The position numbers and the translations under genes are program-made. The notes beneath the pieces are model-generated. The model had not been told where the DNA came from. It worked only from the letters and a program-made list of their open reading frames with translations, and did no database searches. From contig OW569356.1 of assembly GCA_937625935.1 (NCBI GenBank), forward strand, positions 496,001 through 560,000: a stretch of 64,000 bases of DNA, in the 5' to 3' direction. This document shows, one piece after another, positions 1-10,142 of this stretch. The DNA comes from Tetramitus jugosus. Lineage: Eukaryota > Protista > Heterolobosea. Numbering within the stretch: position 1 is the first letter of the stretch; each line of letters opens with the position of its first letter.

Positions 1-93
1 ATGGATGACACCAGAGAGCAACTTGTCTTTTTCGAGCCGATGCTGTACAATGGTTGAAATGTCAAGATTGCTATCGATGTTGTTGGTGGTCAT
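1..93 (-). CDS. 5' end of an unknown gene running off the window
   Basis: ATG at 93-91 opens MTTNNIDSNLDISTIVQHRLEKDKLLSGVIH with no stop before the window edge; too short to identify. Confidence 0.4.
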   Translation of the reverse strand, partial: MTTNNIDSNLDISTIVQHRLEKDKLLSGVIH

Positions 94-235
94 CTTTGGT
101 GAATGCAAGCTCGTCTCTCCGTCGGTAGAAATGAAAATTCTTTTTTATTTTGAGTGTTGTTCTGTCTTGGTACCGTCCCAAAAAGTTCATATTTCCGCTC
201 CTCCGCTTCGGTTATGGCTGGTAGTTTACCTCGTC

Positions 236-2349
236 TCAAACCTTGGATGAGAACTTTGGTGTGGGCAAGCTGGAAGGAGGTGGGGAATTGCTCCAGGAAC
301 CTCCCGCGAATCGTTCTTGCTTCTTCTTGGTTGCCGAAGCTGGCTTTTCACTCGTGTTTGGAGTCTTTGGATGTTGTTGTTGTTGCTCATTGTTGAGAGA
401 AGCGAGCAATTCTGCTTCTGTGAACGCAGGACCTGGTGCAACACTGACACCAGCGACTTGGTGGGCAACAGGCTTGAACCTTGGAGGTGTCATATAACCA
501 GGAAGAGGCTGTTGTTGTGGTTGTCTCATCTGATTCAAAATGTCTTGTTCGCTCTGCATCATGTGATGGAAGGGAGCAGGAGCATGGGGATGGTGCATAG
601 AGGTTGGTGCCTCAGATGCCAGGTGATTGCCATTGGCCGTCGCTGAAAATTGACCCAGAATAAAACTAGAGTCAGAGTGCGAGTAGTGGTGATGATGAGG
701 ATGAGGAATAGGGTGGTGGTGAGATGGGTGAGATGGATGAGAAGCATGAGCATGAAATAGAGGATGGAGAACAACACCAGCACTACCACTGCCACCACTG
801 CTATTGATTTGTGGTGGACTCGTACCGCCGTTTCTCATACGAGTCGAGGTGGTAGGCGACGATGGCAGAGAAGAGTTGATTGAAAAATCATCGTCCCTAC
901 TCAACTTTTCCTTCTTGCCATGCTTGTTGGACGATAGAATAAAATCTTGAATGGACTTTACCTTGTGTGTATGAGGATTGGAAGCAAGTGTAGGAGTCGT
1001 TGATGCTGATGATGATTTTTGACTCATGGACAACATGAGAAAATCTGGAGTCAACAATTTTGGTTTCTCTGTTGTTGGTGTTACTCCTGATGTAGATATA
1101 GATGACGATATAGATGATGATGATGATGATGTAGATAAAGAGAGAGATGACAATGCAGGTGATGAGTATGATGGATGCATGGATGATGCATGATAATGTC
1201 CATTCATGTGTGGATAGTGTTGTTGTTGATAAATGATGGGTGAAGTAGTAGCAGTAGTAGTCGTCGTAGTTCCATTTGTTTGTTGTTGTTGTTGTGGTGG
1301 TTTCTGTGAAGAAGGTTGTACAGTGTGAAGTACTTGTACGGGTATCATGGAACGACGCGTCGATGCATCATCCTTTTTTTTCAATGATGCTGAGGAGGAT
1401 GATGAGGATGATGATTTTGGGCCATCATCATCATCACCATCATCACCATCGTCATCATCAGTACTACCACTACTACCACCACCATTAATACTATTATTAT
1501 TGTTGGTAGTTTTCTTGCTGCTTCTACGATTCGTATTCGTCATACTATTCGCACCACCATTACTACTACTGTTGTTGTTGTTGTTCGTGTTGATTTTTGT
1601 GGGAGTCACAGGAGCACCATTGGCTGCTGCAATGGCCACTCCGACACTGCTATTCATGTTGTAATGAGAGTATTCTGTCACCATTTTCTTATAATTTTCA
1701 AAATGATTTTCTCTCTTATTCTTACCATTGGTGGAAGCACTAGTACTGTTCACATTGACATTACTATTATTGTTGTTGTTGTTATTGTTGTTTATCATTA
1801 CATTGGATTTGGATGGTGAGTTTGCACTGTTGTTATTGTTGTTATTGTTGTTATTGTTGTTGTTGCTTGTATTGCTGTTGGCAATCATTTGATCACGTTG
1901 TTGATCTCTGTACATTCGATTGATACTCTTATTTTCAACAATGTCAATTTGTTGTTTGTCGTTGAGTGTTTTTAAGTCCACGTGCTTGTATTCAAAATAA
2001 CCGTCTTTGAATTCTCTGATTTGTATCGAATTTTCTCCTCTGTTCAAAGTGATCAATTGTTAGTTTTTCACAATGAGATAATGATGATGATAGTTGAATA
2101 TGTGTGTATGTATGTGTGTATGTATGTGTGTGTGTATGTGTGTGAAGATGATACAAACTTTGGAATAACCAATTCTTTCTGCATCGTTTCATGCTTCTCT
2201 GGCAAATATAAATCAGTATTGACTTGAAATTGATCAAGTGTTTCTCCGTCAGAATTTCCCTCCAAAAAATAGGGTATTAACGGTCGGCCAAATTGAGGTT
2301 CGCTCTTGGTTGGTGTTGCCTTTTGTGGTGTTTTCATGGTGGTTGTCAT
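236..2349 (-). CDS. Low-complexity protein with C-terminal PNRC/Edc1-like motif (candidate mRNA decapping co-activator); 2 exons
   Basis: Exon 1 2349-2159 (MTTTMKTPQ...VIPK); intron 2158-2040 (GTTTGT...ACTAAC...CAG, phase 2); exon 2 2039-236. C-terminus ERFAGGSWSNSPPPSSLPTPKF matches the PNRC-type YAGxxFxxSPxPxxLPxPxF motif. Confidence 0.7.
2101..2144. repeat. Intronic (TG)n/(TGTA)n microsatellite
   Basis: tgtgtgtatgtatgtgtgtatgtatgtgtgtgtgtatgtgtgtg inside intron 2040-2158. Confidence 0.85.
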
Positions 2350-2775
2350 TGTTGTAAATGTTGTTGATATGTGGTTGTTGATGAAAAACTTGATATTTTT
2401 TGTTCTCTTTCTTTTTTTGTTGTTGTTAATTGTGAAAGAATGAGTTGTTGATTCTCCGAATAAATTATTGTTGATGTGCGTTGAGAGTTGAGATTGGAAG
2501 AACAACAAATGTGTTTTTTTGTTTGTTTGTTGTTCGTTTGTTGTTCGGGTCGCTGACTGATTCTGAACGGGTGAGTCGTTGTTGTTGTTGCGTTGCTGTT
2601 GTTGTGTGTTCAAGAACTCTTTCGCCAACAGGTTTGTTGTGTTTTGTGAGGATATACGAGTTAAAAATAGAATGAAATCGCGGGCAAATATACGGAACTT
2701 CATTTGTGAGGTAGATGCGAGCAGTTGCGCGACTTACAATCTGCGGGGAGATACTTCCAGTTATGACAAAAATGT

Positions 2776-4853
2776 TTATTTGTTCGTGGGTGGAGGTCTT
2801 GTGGCAATGGATGCTGTTCCGGCACCTACAGCAGCACCCGCAATGGTTCCTCCAACCATACCAACAGCTGCACCTAGTAAACCACCAACAGATGCACCCA
2901 TGACTGCACCAGTGATTCCGACACCGACAGCACCTGCCACACCAGAAGCAATGAGCTTCAGATGTCGGGTCACTAAACTTCTACGGAAGAGAGCTGCATA
3001 CTGTTCATTGATGAGTGTAAACTTGTGGTAGGTACTGACGATGAGCTCGTCCAGTTCACTCTCAGATGTTGTCATTTGCTCCCAGTCATTTTTGCAACCT
3101 CTGCAGAACCAATTCTGTTCTGTGGTATCCAAGAGCAATCGTGCGTTATCACAAAACTTGCAAGCACTGCAAATATTTTTGCATGATGTACAGAATATGG
3201 ATTGTGGAACGTCACTCTTGTTAAACACAGGTTCCATGTTCGTATCGGGACATCGTGGGCACAACCTAGGATAATCTAGAATGACAGGTGGTCTATCAGA
3301 TACAGCATAAATGCCTGCCATTGTTTCTACCTTTAGCATCTCCACAGCTTTTCGCATGACTTGCAAGTTCCTAGGTGCAATTTTGTCGCATTTTGTCAAA
3401 ATGAAAAAGGTGGGAATGTCTTTGAAGTACTTGTCGCATACTTCCTTGACCCCGTCTTGAACACGCGCACTATCAGACGCAATAATGTACCACACCATGT
3501 GAACCTTGTTCGTCAGTGTTCTACTACCCAAGAAGTCAATCAGCTTTTGCATGGCATCTATACCTTCACTCTCCTTTTCGAATCCCTTGGAATCAATAAG
3601 AACCAGTTCCTCGCGCTCAATCACATGAATTTCTTGTGTCACAGGTTTACCGACACCGACTTGTTCTTCTGTACCGAACACTGTATTGATCAATGAGCTC
3701 TGTTGTGTGTAAATAAGTTAGAGTCAATTTGTGTGAATAGGAACAAGTACACAAAAAAGAGATTGTCATTTCACAAACATACCTTGCCCGCACCGCTATC
3801 ACCAACCAACAGAATACATGGCTTTTCCCAGACAACCTTATTTGCTGATCCTTTCTTTAGCTTATCCTTGTCGATTGGAGGTGGCAACTGAGGTGAATTG
3901 CCTGATCTTTGCTGTTGCAGCTTGATTGGTACAACTGGTGGTACAGTTGTTGTTGTTGGTTGTTGTGAAGGTGTAGCAACCCAACTACTTTCCTTGTCCA
4001 AGGAGCCATTGTTCACCATGATTTGTTGCCGTGTTGGTATAGGTGGCAATGAAAAGGGTGAAGTCGACCCAGCATTGCTCATCATCACAGAGCTAGAATT
4101 GCCTTTTGAAAATGGAGGTGTCGTGATGGACTTTGGAGGTGACGATGGTGAAATAATGGACCAATATTCATCAACCGTTGTTCTTGATTGTCTCTGCTCT
4201 GCCAACTCTTGTTTCTTTCGAATGAGCATGTGCTCTGTCAGTGCATTGACAATGTTTTGAGAAATGAATTTGACAACGTCGGCCTTTGTCACTCCACTTG
4301 TTTCTCCATCGTTTAATCGAGTGAGATTCAATAGACCTGGTTTCTCTGAGACAAGTTCATTCTTGTAGTCCATGTAGCTCACCACCATGTTCATTTGTTG
4401 TTCACCGACATTATCTGCTAAATTCTCAACATTCGTATCATTGTTATTATTGTTATTGTTGTTGTTGTTTTGGGTGTGATGATTTTGAGTCATGTTCTGA
4501 GGACACTCATGACTCAAAATAAATCTCCAATGATTCACTTGATTGACCAATGATTCATTCATTGTCCATGAACACTCAATAACTGCCGAGTGATTGCCCA
4601 TGACCATGGAGCTTCCGACCATGGTATGAAGAGCGACGGGAGGTGGTGAATACTCCTCATATTCATCACTATTATTATTGTTGTTGTTTTTATTCAAACA
4701 TTGACACTGCTCATAGTACACTCGATCTTCCATGATGCTTCTGAGGAAGGGAATGGCTTGTGTACAACTCAACCGTTTGTATTGTTCGTTGTGAAGCAGG
4801 TGTTGGTCAATGTAGCATCGAAGAACTTGTAATTGTTCACTGTTGAGTCCCAT
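2776..4853 (-). CDS. TRAFAC/Era-like P-loop GTPase with tandem Zn-ribbon insert and C-terminal glycine-zipper helix; 2 exons
   Basis: ORFs 3771-4853 and 2776-3693 join via intron 3782-3700 (GTATGT...CTAAC...CAG, phase 0), restoring G1 GDSGAGK|SSLIN. G2 KPVT, G3 DSKG and G4 TKCD present; CxxC pairs at 3261-3094; tail GVAGAVGVGITGAVMGASVGGLLG. Confidence 0.85.
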
Positions 4854-5120
4854 GGGAGTGGAGGAAGGTACTGGGAAAAATGGATGTTCGTTTTTTTTTC
4901 GTTTGTTTGCTTTTTGTGTGCGTCCTGATGTTGTGTGGGTGCTTCATCTTCCCGCTGAACTTCGGATGCCCATTCCGAAATAAGTTCTGTGGGTTGAACT
5001 TGGAACGGGCCAATCTTCGCGTTTTTTTTCCGGGTGACAGGTACAAAAATGTTTATGTGTCAAGAATGCTCCCTGATGTTTGGTCGCAAAAAAGACCGGT
5101 GTCACTGAAATGAAAGCATT

Positions 5121-7796
5121 CTATTCATTCAACTGGACAGACAGCTCAGAAGATACAACTGGCACGGTGTTTGTCCAATCAGGAAGAATAGAAAGAACGT
5201 GGTGAATGGAGTCAGTCCAGATTTGAGAGTCAACAAAGTGACTGCGTACAGTGATTTGGATATTCTTCTCCTGTCCACGCTCGATAACAAAGGAGAAGGA
5301 TTGAATCTTTGGTCCATTGGCATTAAGCTCTTCTGTTTCGAATCGAGAATAACCAGACACGATATCCCACGTATAAGCACCTTCAGTCTTGTCATAATAT
5401 GGAGCATCAGCGAAATAAAAGTGAGAAATGATCTTCGGATCCTTTGTGCGCATGAGAACTTGCTGGTTGAACATAAACTTGCTGTTGGATAGACTGACGG
5501 TATACTTGATCTTCTTCGTATCAGTCACATTCTCGCTGGTGATGGCTAGATTTGTCAGGAACATGTTTGGATCAAAGTTGGTCTCGAGCAAGACATTCTT
5601 ATAAAACACAGCATCTTCCAAGTTCTTGCTCTCAACATTACTAATCCAGTGAGACTTCACAGTGGAGTTATATGCGAATCCGTGATCACTCATGTTCATC
5701 TTGTTGAAGACATACTCTGGTTGAATTGGATCAGTTGATCTCAAATTCAAGTACGAGTCCTTAATGGCACCATTTTCGTACAAAATAACATGTCTCAAAG
5801 ATAAACGCTTTGGACGCAACTGCGAATATGGACTAGCAACATAACTGTAAGAAATCAATAGGCCTACAACCACAGAAAAAACAAATATAAGCAGCCATGA
5901 GACTCCAAATCGTTCCTCAGAGACTACTTTTTGCTTATTGTCAGTTTTCGTAATTCGATCACCGGACACAAATGGCAATGTGACACTTGCTACCAATGTT
6001 CCAACAAGACCAACGAGACCACCCATCAAATAATCCACAGGCTTACGACCTGATCGGCCAAGCATTCCAGAAAATGATTCGGTAAATGTAAATCCAAGCG
6101 ATATTAACATAATAAGGGGAAGAATGGATGCGACAACCAATTGCAAGAATCCAACAGAGCTAAAGAATAAACCCACCAAAAGTGATCCTACAACAATAGC
6201 AGGCAGGAATGATGAACCAAGGCCATAATGTGCTGTAGCTGCCAAAAACAGCATCCAAAATATCATACATGACGCATACATGGATGACTTGTTGATATAC
6301 TTGGATGTGAAGACCACAGAGGTAAATTTAGCTGTGAATAGCGTGCCAAACATTGCTGGTAAAGCATACAGCGCAAAAGCATATTCAGGTCCCAGTGCGT
6401 ACCAACTCAAGTGTCTTTGGAAGTGGATCAGTAAATGAGAAGTTGCAACAGCAAATGCAGCACCGCCAACAATACTCGACATGGTACAAATGAGAGAGCT
6501 AATCAAGGATACAAAAGTCACTTTGCCTGTGAGCACTTGAGCCAGTATCAAAGTAATCGAAACAATAATAATTCCAAAGTAGACTGGCTTAGCAGTTTGT
6601 GCGTTATAGGCAACCATAAGCAGTCCGAGGATATCAAAATAGGCTGATCTGGTATGTGAGTCCAAGGATGCATCCGGGAAGCGAACATCCATGAATGACA
6701 AATGGCGCAACAAGCTAGCAGTATTATCACCCATATGAATGATAGATTTCTTGATGTCACTGTGAGAATAATTGTTCTTCGTAAGACTGTCAAAGTTCGT
6801 GTGATACCAGTGACCATTCTCTACGAATGCAGAGTCTACACCATGCATAACAACTTGCTTCTTCATACTACTGAAGAATCGGAAATCAGTGTCGCTTGGT
6901 ACAATACCAGACTGGAAGAGATCTTGACCGAGTGCATTACCCAATGGATGTACAATCACCTTTGCATATTCCTTTGTGATCCAAGCGTTGGTTGTTTGGA
7001 ACAGCATAGCACCACCACCAAATCCAGCAGCCTCCAAATTAATGAATGCTTTGACATCCTTGGCCCATGGATGCTTGTTCATGAAGGCATGAGCACCGAG
7101 TAGACCCATCTCCTCGGCACCATTCCACAAAAAGATGATTGGATGTCTCAACAGAGGAACAACATTGTCTGATAATTCTGCAGTTGATGATTGCTGATGA
7201 TGAGTCAACAATTGATCCAAAATGTTCTTGAACAGTTCCATCATGACCACAACAGGCACACCATCATCAAAAGCACCAGTACTGGAAACTCGAGAATCAA
7301 AGTGACTGTTCACCAAGATTGCCTCTCCAGGGTACACTGCGTGAGTGGGATGAGTGGACTTTGGGCGAATCATTGCCAGAACGTTCGTCACATTGGAGTA
7401 ACGTCTCAACTGATGACCCATAATGTGCGAATCAGAAATCGCATACTCACCAGACTCATTCTGCTCATCCAGAATCACTTCAAACAAGTCTTGCTTGTTC
7501 AGATTGGAGGATCGAGCATCAACTGTGTCGCGAAGGTACTGAACGAGCCACTCTTGAACATCCTGACATTTCTTGGAAGTGAAAGCATGTTCACCAAATC
7601 CCTTTTCCTCATGAGACAGTGCAACCAGTGCGTCATAGGCTCTTTGTACTGAGAATGTAGGCAGATCAGCACCATTATCACTTTGAGTGGGAGAGGCAAG
7701 TGGCAGAGTAATGCTCTTGAGTTGCCAATAGACCACAATGGTGATCAGTGGGATAAATAGCAGATATAGGAAGAGAAATCGACCTGTGGATGACAT
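5121..7796 (-). CDS. ERMP1: ER metallopeptidase 1-like (peptidase M28, multi-pass membrane)
   Basis: N-terminal TM; M28 motifs NSHFDS, GAFDDG, NGAEEMGLLGA, NLEAAG, SDTDF, WYHT; then about 8 TM helices. Single exon, 891 aa. Confidence 0.9.
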   Translation of the reverse strand: MSSTGRFLFLYLLFIPLITIVVYWQLKSITLPLASPTQSDNGADLPTFSVQRAYDALVALSHEEKGFGEHAFTSKKCQDVQEWLVQYLRDTVDARSSNLNKQDLFEVILDEQNESGEYAISDSHIMGHQLRRYSNVTNVLAMIRPKSTHPTHAVYPGEAILVNSHFDSRVSSTGAFDDGVPVVVMMELFKNILDQLLTHHQQSSTAELSDNVVPLLRHPIIFLWNGAEEMGLLGAHAFMNKHPWAKDVKAFINLEAAGFGGGAMLFQTTNAWITKEYAKVIVHPLGNALGQDLFQSGIVPSDTDFRFFSSMKKQVVMHGVDSAFVENGHWYHTNFDSLTKNNYSHSDIKKSIIHMGDNTASLLRHLSFMDVRFPDASLDSHTRSAYFDILGLLMVAYNAQTAKPVYFGIIIVSITLILAQVLTGKVTFVSLISSLICTMSSIVGGAAFAVATSHLLIHFQRHLSWYALGPEYAFALYALPAMFGTLFTAKFTSVVFTSKYINKSSMYASCMIFWMLFLAATAHYGLGSSFLPAIVVGSLLVGLFFSSVGFLQLVVASILPLIMLISLGFTFTESFSGMLGRSGRKPVDYLMGGLVGLVGTLVASVTLPFVSGDRITKTDNKQKVVSEERFGVSWLLIFVFSVVVGLLISYSYVASPYSQLRPKRLSLRHVILYENGAIKDSYLNLRSTDPIQPEYVFNKMNMSDHGFAYNSTVKSHWISNVESKNLEDAVFYKNVLLETNFDPNMFLTNLAITSENVTDTKKIKYTVSLSNSKFMFNQQVLMRTKDPKIISHFYFADAPYYDKTEGAYTWDIVSGYSRFETEELNANGPKIQSFSFVIERGQEKNIQITVRSHFVDSQIWTDSIHHVLSILPDWTNTVPVVSSELSVQLNE

Positions 7797-7973
7797 CTGC
7801 TCTCTTGATTTTGTTTTGTAGGTTTTTGTTCTCAGATTGTAGGAGAAATAAAAAATATTGGCGGTGGCGGAAAAAGCAACGAACTCATGATCAGATCAAC
7901 TGGCAGGTGGTCTACGACTCATGAAATATGACTGCAAAGTTTGTGGAAGGCGATGAAATAATACAGGTTTTAT

Positions 7974-8381
7974 TTAAACAGGTTCCAACTTATTATCATT
8001 GCAAGAGAAATGAGAAGGACTGTAACATGCTTCTCCACATCTGAGAGTTCCCTTTGGACACAAATAACCTTGGAAACATTCATAGAGGTCTGGAAGGTAA
8101 CAAGAACCGTTACAATTCAACTCTCCAGGATTGCATCTGCCATAGGCTGGGACAAGTATGTTACCCTCGCCACACATAAATTGACTAGGTCTGTAGCATG
8201 CATTTCCGCATCTGTAATGGCTGGTTGGGCACAAGAAGAATCCATCAAAGCAGTTGTATTGCATGCGATCAAAACATACTTCTCCACATCTCTCCAGTCC
8301 GGATGGACAAGGACTTTGACAAAGAGCAGTAGTGGCAATCATCAGCAAAACAGCAAAGGTAGTTACAATATAGAAATTCAT
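7974..8381 (-). CDS. Small secreted Cys-rich protein with four CBM52-like (beta-1,3-glucan-binding) repeats
   Basis: ATG 8381 gives signal peptide MNFYIVTTFAVLLMIATTALC, then 4 repeats of Cx6-Cx3-Cx7-C (e.g. CPTSHYRCGNACYRPSQFMC, CPKGTLRCGEACYSPSHFSC); 135 aa. Confidence 0.75.
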   Translation of the reverse strand: MNFYIVTTFAVLLMIATTALCQSPCPSGLERCGEVCFDRMQYNCFDGFFLCPTSHYRCGNACYRPSQFMCGEGNILVPAYGRCNPGELNCNGSCYLPDLYECFQGYLCPKGTLRCGEACYSPSHFSCNDNKLEPV

Positions 8382-8435
8382 AGTTAAATTTGTATTGAGT
8401 GTTATTGTTATTTGTTTGTGGTATATTCTGTGAGC

Positions 8436-8442
8436 TTTTATA
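8436..8442 (-). promoter_or_regulatory. Candidate TATA box of the CBM52-like gene
   Basis: TATAAAA on the minus strand about 55 nt upstream of ATG 8381. Confidence 0.4.
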
Positions 8443-8690
8443 CTGAAGTACTCCTCCCGAAGTAACTTGAGCCCCTGACGAACATTTGATAATGGGCATC
8501 CACATCCCAGATCAAAATAGAATGATGGCTCGATTATCGTATGTGCTCGGGAACTCTCGGAAGGACATCTACTCCCCTCATGAGATCTCAGATTTACCGA
8601 CTTTGCGATGCTGAAGTGATTGTATGCACGAGAGGCGCAAATAGCTAGTTTTGGCGAACTAACTTTTTGGAACAACGGCCACAAAAACGA

Positions 8691-9184
8691 ATGACCAATC
8701 CATTGCAACAATTCTTTCGAGATTTCACGAGCACTTGAGTAGGCAACACTCAGAAACATACGAGGATAGACCAAGTATCAGAAATTGCTTCAACAGAGAT
8801 CCCTTCTTCAATGACTTCCGGTTCCAGCCCAAAGATGTGGTGGACTTCAAAATCGAAAAATCCAAGGGCACTGAAAGTCTCGACGATTCGAAGTGGGTTT
8901 CTGAGATAGATTACACAAACCACGAGGTTGGTGTGCAAGATGTCAGAGCCTCGTTGGAGGAACTCAGAAGATGTCAGGTCGATTTCATGGGATTTGTTTA
9001 CCGTGCAGATTCGATTCTCGTCCTAAGGCTCAAAGATGGCAGACTCGTCAGGCTGGCTTTGAGTTACAGTGGCAACTATGTTGGGAATGTTGTTCGAGGA
9101 AGTGCATTCAGCAACTGGTATTGCAAGAGAGGAGGACCTCGATTGGACTCCTTCTGTTCCCTTGTGTCTCATGATCCTGAATAA
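8691..9184 (+). pseudogene. Orphan gene with apparent 1-nt frameshift near its start (pseudogene or assembly indel)
   Basis: The long frame (8663-9184) lacks an early ATG. ATG 8691, after an A-rich leader, reads MTNPLQQFFRDF then stops at 8738. One extra base near 8723 would fuse them into MTNPLQQFFRDFHEHLSRQHSETYEDRPS...; the stop overlaps AATAAA. Confidence 0.4.
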
Positions 9185-9233
9185 AGTGACTTCACATCCA
9201 ACGTGTGCCAACAACCAGGGAAGAAGTCTGATA

Positions 9234-9962
9234 TCACTTTCGTTGCTTTTTATTGGATTTTGAGCATTGATTTTGTTGCTTCTTCTCCTTGTCTGAAACC
9301 TCATCTCCACTATCACTGTCATCATCAACAGACAAGATATTTCTCTTTCGTTTCGCTCCCAGTGCTACATTTTGCTTTCCATTCACCTTTGAATGATCTT
9401 GTTGTTGCTGTTTCTGCAGTTCCTGTTTTTGAATTTTGAGACCATTGTTAATAGCGCTCTTGATCACTGATTCCCTCTCTCTCGATTTCGTTACTTCAAC
9501 CGAAATTAACCGATTATTCTCCTCCTTTTTCTTTTGTCTCTCTTTTTCCAACTCTGCTTCCTTCTCTTCTCGTGCTCTCTCTTGTTCTTCAGTCCATTCT
9601 TGCATTTGTTGTTCATTTTCCACTTGTCTCAATCGACGACCGTTCAAATCCCTACACGCGCCATAATCTGTTGTTTTCTTTTGACCGGCACGTGCAGATT
9701 GACCTCGAAGTAAACTACCGAATCCACCCTTGCCACCCAATAGTCCAAATCTCTCACAATTCAATCGAATAATCAATTCATCATCAGTATCAATGCTGGA
9801 TATATAATCACTCAGCAACAAATGATTTCGGAGTAATTTGTTTTGATAGGAGAGGAGGCATGAGGAGTCGGATTGTAGTAGGAGAGAGGATATAGTAATG
9901 TTCAAGTGAGACGACTGTATGATTTGAGTTTGGTCCTGGCCCGATATGCAGATAGTGTACAT
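9234..9962 (-). CDS. SDE2: SDE2 splicing/replication-stress regulator with N-terminal ubiquitin-like fold
   Basis: Signature [13 protein letters not shown] (GG|K cleavage site) and [16 protein letters not shown]; ATG 9962. Confidence 0.93.
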   Translation of the reverse strand: MYTICISGQDQTQIIQSSHLNITISSLLLQSDSSCLLSYQNKLLRNHLLLSDYISSIDTDDELIIRLNCERFGLLGGKGGFGSLLRGQSARAGQKKTTDYGACRDLNGRRLRQVENEQQMQEWTEEQERAREEKEAELEKERQKKKEENNRLISVEVTKSRERESVIKSAINNGLKIQKQELQKQQQQDHSKVNGKQNVALGAKRKRNILSVDDDSDSGDEVSDKEKKQQNQCSKSNKKQRK

Positions 9963-10031
9963 GATTGATCTCTTCGTGTGTTGTTTTTTCTGTTCGGTTG
10001 AAGATGATGGATCGGTGAATTGATTGAAGAT

Positions 10032-10040
10032 GCCGCCAAA
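10032..10040 (-). promoter_or_regulatory. E2F-like site in the 180-bp divergent SDE2/MCM5 spacer
   Basis: TTTGGCGGC on the minus strand, between head-to-head ATGs at 9962 and 10143. Confidence 0.4.
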
Positions 10041-10142
10041 AAATGGGGAAACACCAGATAACGGAAAATTCAAGAATAAGAAAGAATTGAAAAGAATCGA
10101 AGTTTCTCTCCATTCGCAAGCTTCTTCTTTTGAGTCACAATA

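Noticed and set aside
1398-1441. Imperfect inverted repeat (GAT)n...(TCA)n
   Set aside because: By-product of adjacent poly-Asp and poly-Ser codons; no evidence of function.
1276-1664. Antisense and alternate-frame ORFs rich in poly-Leu/Val/Met/His (many across the window)
   Set aside because: Shadows of trinucleotide repeats in the real genes.
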